The position numbers were made by a program, and so were the translations under genes. DNA of 64,000 nt. Source: Vicugna vicugna (lineage: Eukaryota). The notes under the pieces were generated by a model. It worked only from the letters and a program-made list of their open reading frames with translations, made no database searches and was not told the origin of the DNA. The DNA is taken from NCBI GenBank assembly GCA_013265495.1, contig MU057991.1:1-64000 (forward strand). Reading direction: 5' to 3'. Each line of letters begins with the position of its first letter. Position 1 is the stretch's first letter. Positions 62,869 through 64,000 of this stretch are shown here, one piece after another.

Positions 62869-64000
62869 GTCAGCCGCGCCCCAGTCCTTGTCTCTCCTCC
62901 CTGCGCTTTCCGCGTCCTTCTGCAAGCCTTTGGAAAGGGCACTGCCACCGAACATGCTCAGAGGGAAAAAAGAATCAGGCCGCCTGTGTTCACTTAAGTT
63001 CTGGTGGTCAGCCCTCCTGTGCGTTTGTGTCGGTAAAAAATGCACCATCTGTTGTGCTGTGTGTCTGTCACCTCATGTAATCGCCTGATTAGCGGTGCGT
63101 CTTTTATGCAGTTCATAGATGCACGTTATTTGCATTTTCCTTCAAGATTATTTCATGTATATATTATTATGTAGAAACAGTTAAGTGCTTGCCTTTCTTA
63201 ATGCTTCTGGACAAAATATTAATTACGTTTCTAAGTGGTGAAATGACACTTAGATATTCTGTCCTGGCTGACCGTTCGCTTTCTTTTGTTTTGCTTTTTA
63301 TTCATTCATTCATTCATTCAGTGTTCATTGTGCTTTGACTGGTATTCTGAGTACTTACAAATAGCGCTGCTACAGACATTTCTGTACAAGTTCCCTGTTC
63401 AGGGAACATTTCCTAAAGTGGTGCCCCAGGGTCAGAAAGAATTTGTGGTTTCTTAATTCGTGTAAAACACTGCTTTAACTACCTAAAACTCCAAGGTACT
63501 GTGGTGGGTAAATTCGAGTCTCCCTTGGGATGCAGCCCGGTTCCCTAGCTTGACAGTTTTCCCTTTGGGGCCTGAGGGGTGCCAGGGGCTCTAGGGGGCT
63601 GGGGGGAGCCCCCTCTGATGTTCAGGGTTGTTACCATCATTTCAGAAGGTGGGAGGAAATGTTTGGAGGAGATGGATAACTTCATGGCATCTATGTGATG
63701 ATGGCTTCATGGTGTATATTTAATCTCTAAACTCATTAACTTTCAGACATTAAATTTCTTCACCTTTTTGTATGTCCGTCACACCTCAGAAAAATTATTT
63801 TCAAAGGAAAAAGAAAGAAGCAGACGACTGAGGGTGGGAAGAGCTCTCTCCTGCTCTTCAGACACAGAGGTGCGGAGATGGACCTTTGCTGACCTGTCTC
63901 TTAACAGTTTTCTTCTGCCAAATAAATTCTCCCCGGGTTTTTTTTTTTTTAAGAAGCATCTTTATTATTTTTTAAAACGTTGCTCAAAAATCTGAATGTG

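Noticed and set aside
62869..63080. Continuation of ORF 62715..63080 as VOPP1 coding sequence
   Set aside because: Similarity to VOPP1 stops at the donor (62869). The rest is intron read-through.

Overview
Mammalian genomic DNA, very probably camelid (alpaca, vicuna or camel), judged from the tRNA-Ala-derived Vic-1-type SINEs and young L1 3' ends. The whole window lies inside the VOPP1 (ECOP) gene on the + strand. Three internal coding exons are visible: 33324-33382, 57571-57648 and 62732-62868. They splice in frame to CTEAKKHCWYFEGLYPTYYI-CRPFEDCCGSRCCVRALSIQRLWYFW-FLLMMGVLFCCGAGFFIRRRMYPPPLIEEPAFNVSYTRQPPSSTP. Exon 1 and the last exon are outside the window. The rest is intron filled with L1, SINE, LTR, MIR and DNA-transposon remnants, and there is one 81-N gap. 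Almost all ORF-track entries are spurious. Most notable: (1) a sense-strand solo LTR ends only 26 nt before the exon-4 acceptor. It carries an 8 x 44-bp CCAAT+octamer array, appears to replace the branch point, and could drive an N-terminally truncated VOPP1 from the in-frame Met-Met in exon 4. (2) A 35-bp near-perfect intronic hairpin with pri-miRNA-like geometry at 49996-50072. (3) A 576-bp tandem duplication anchored on a 33-bp minisatellite. Repeat family names come from recalled consensus features, not database searches.
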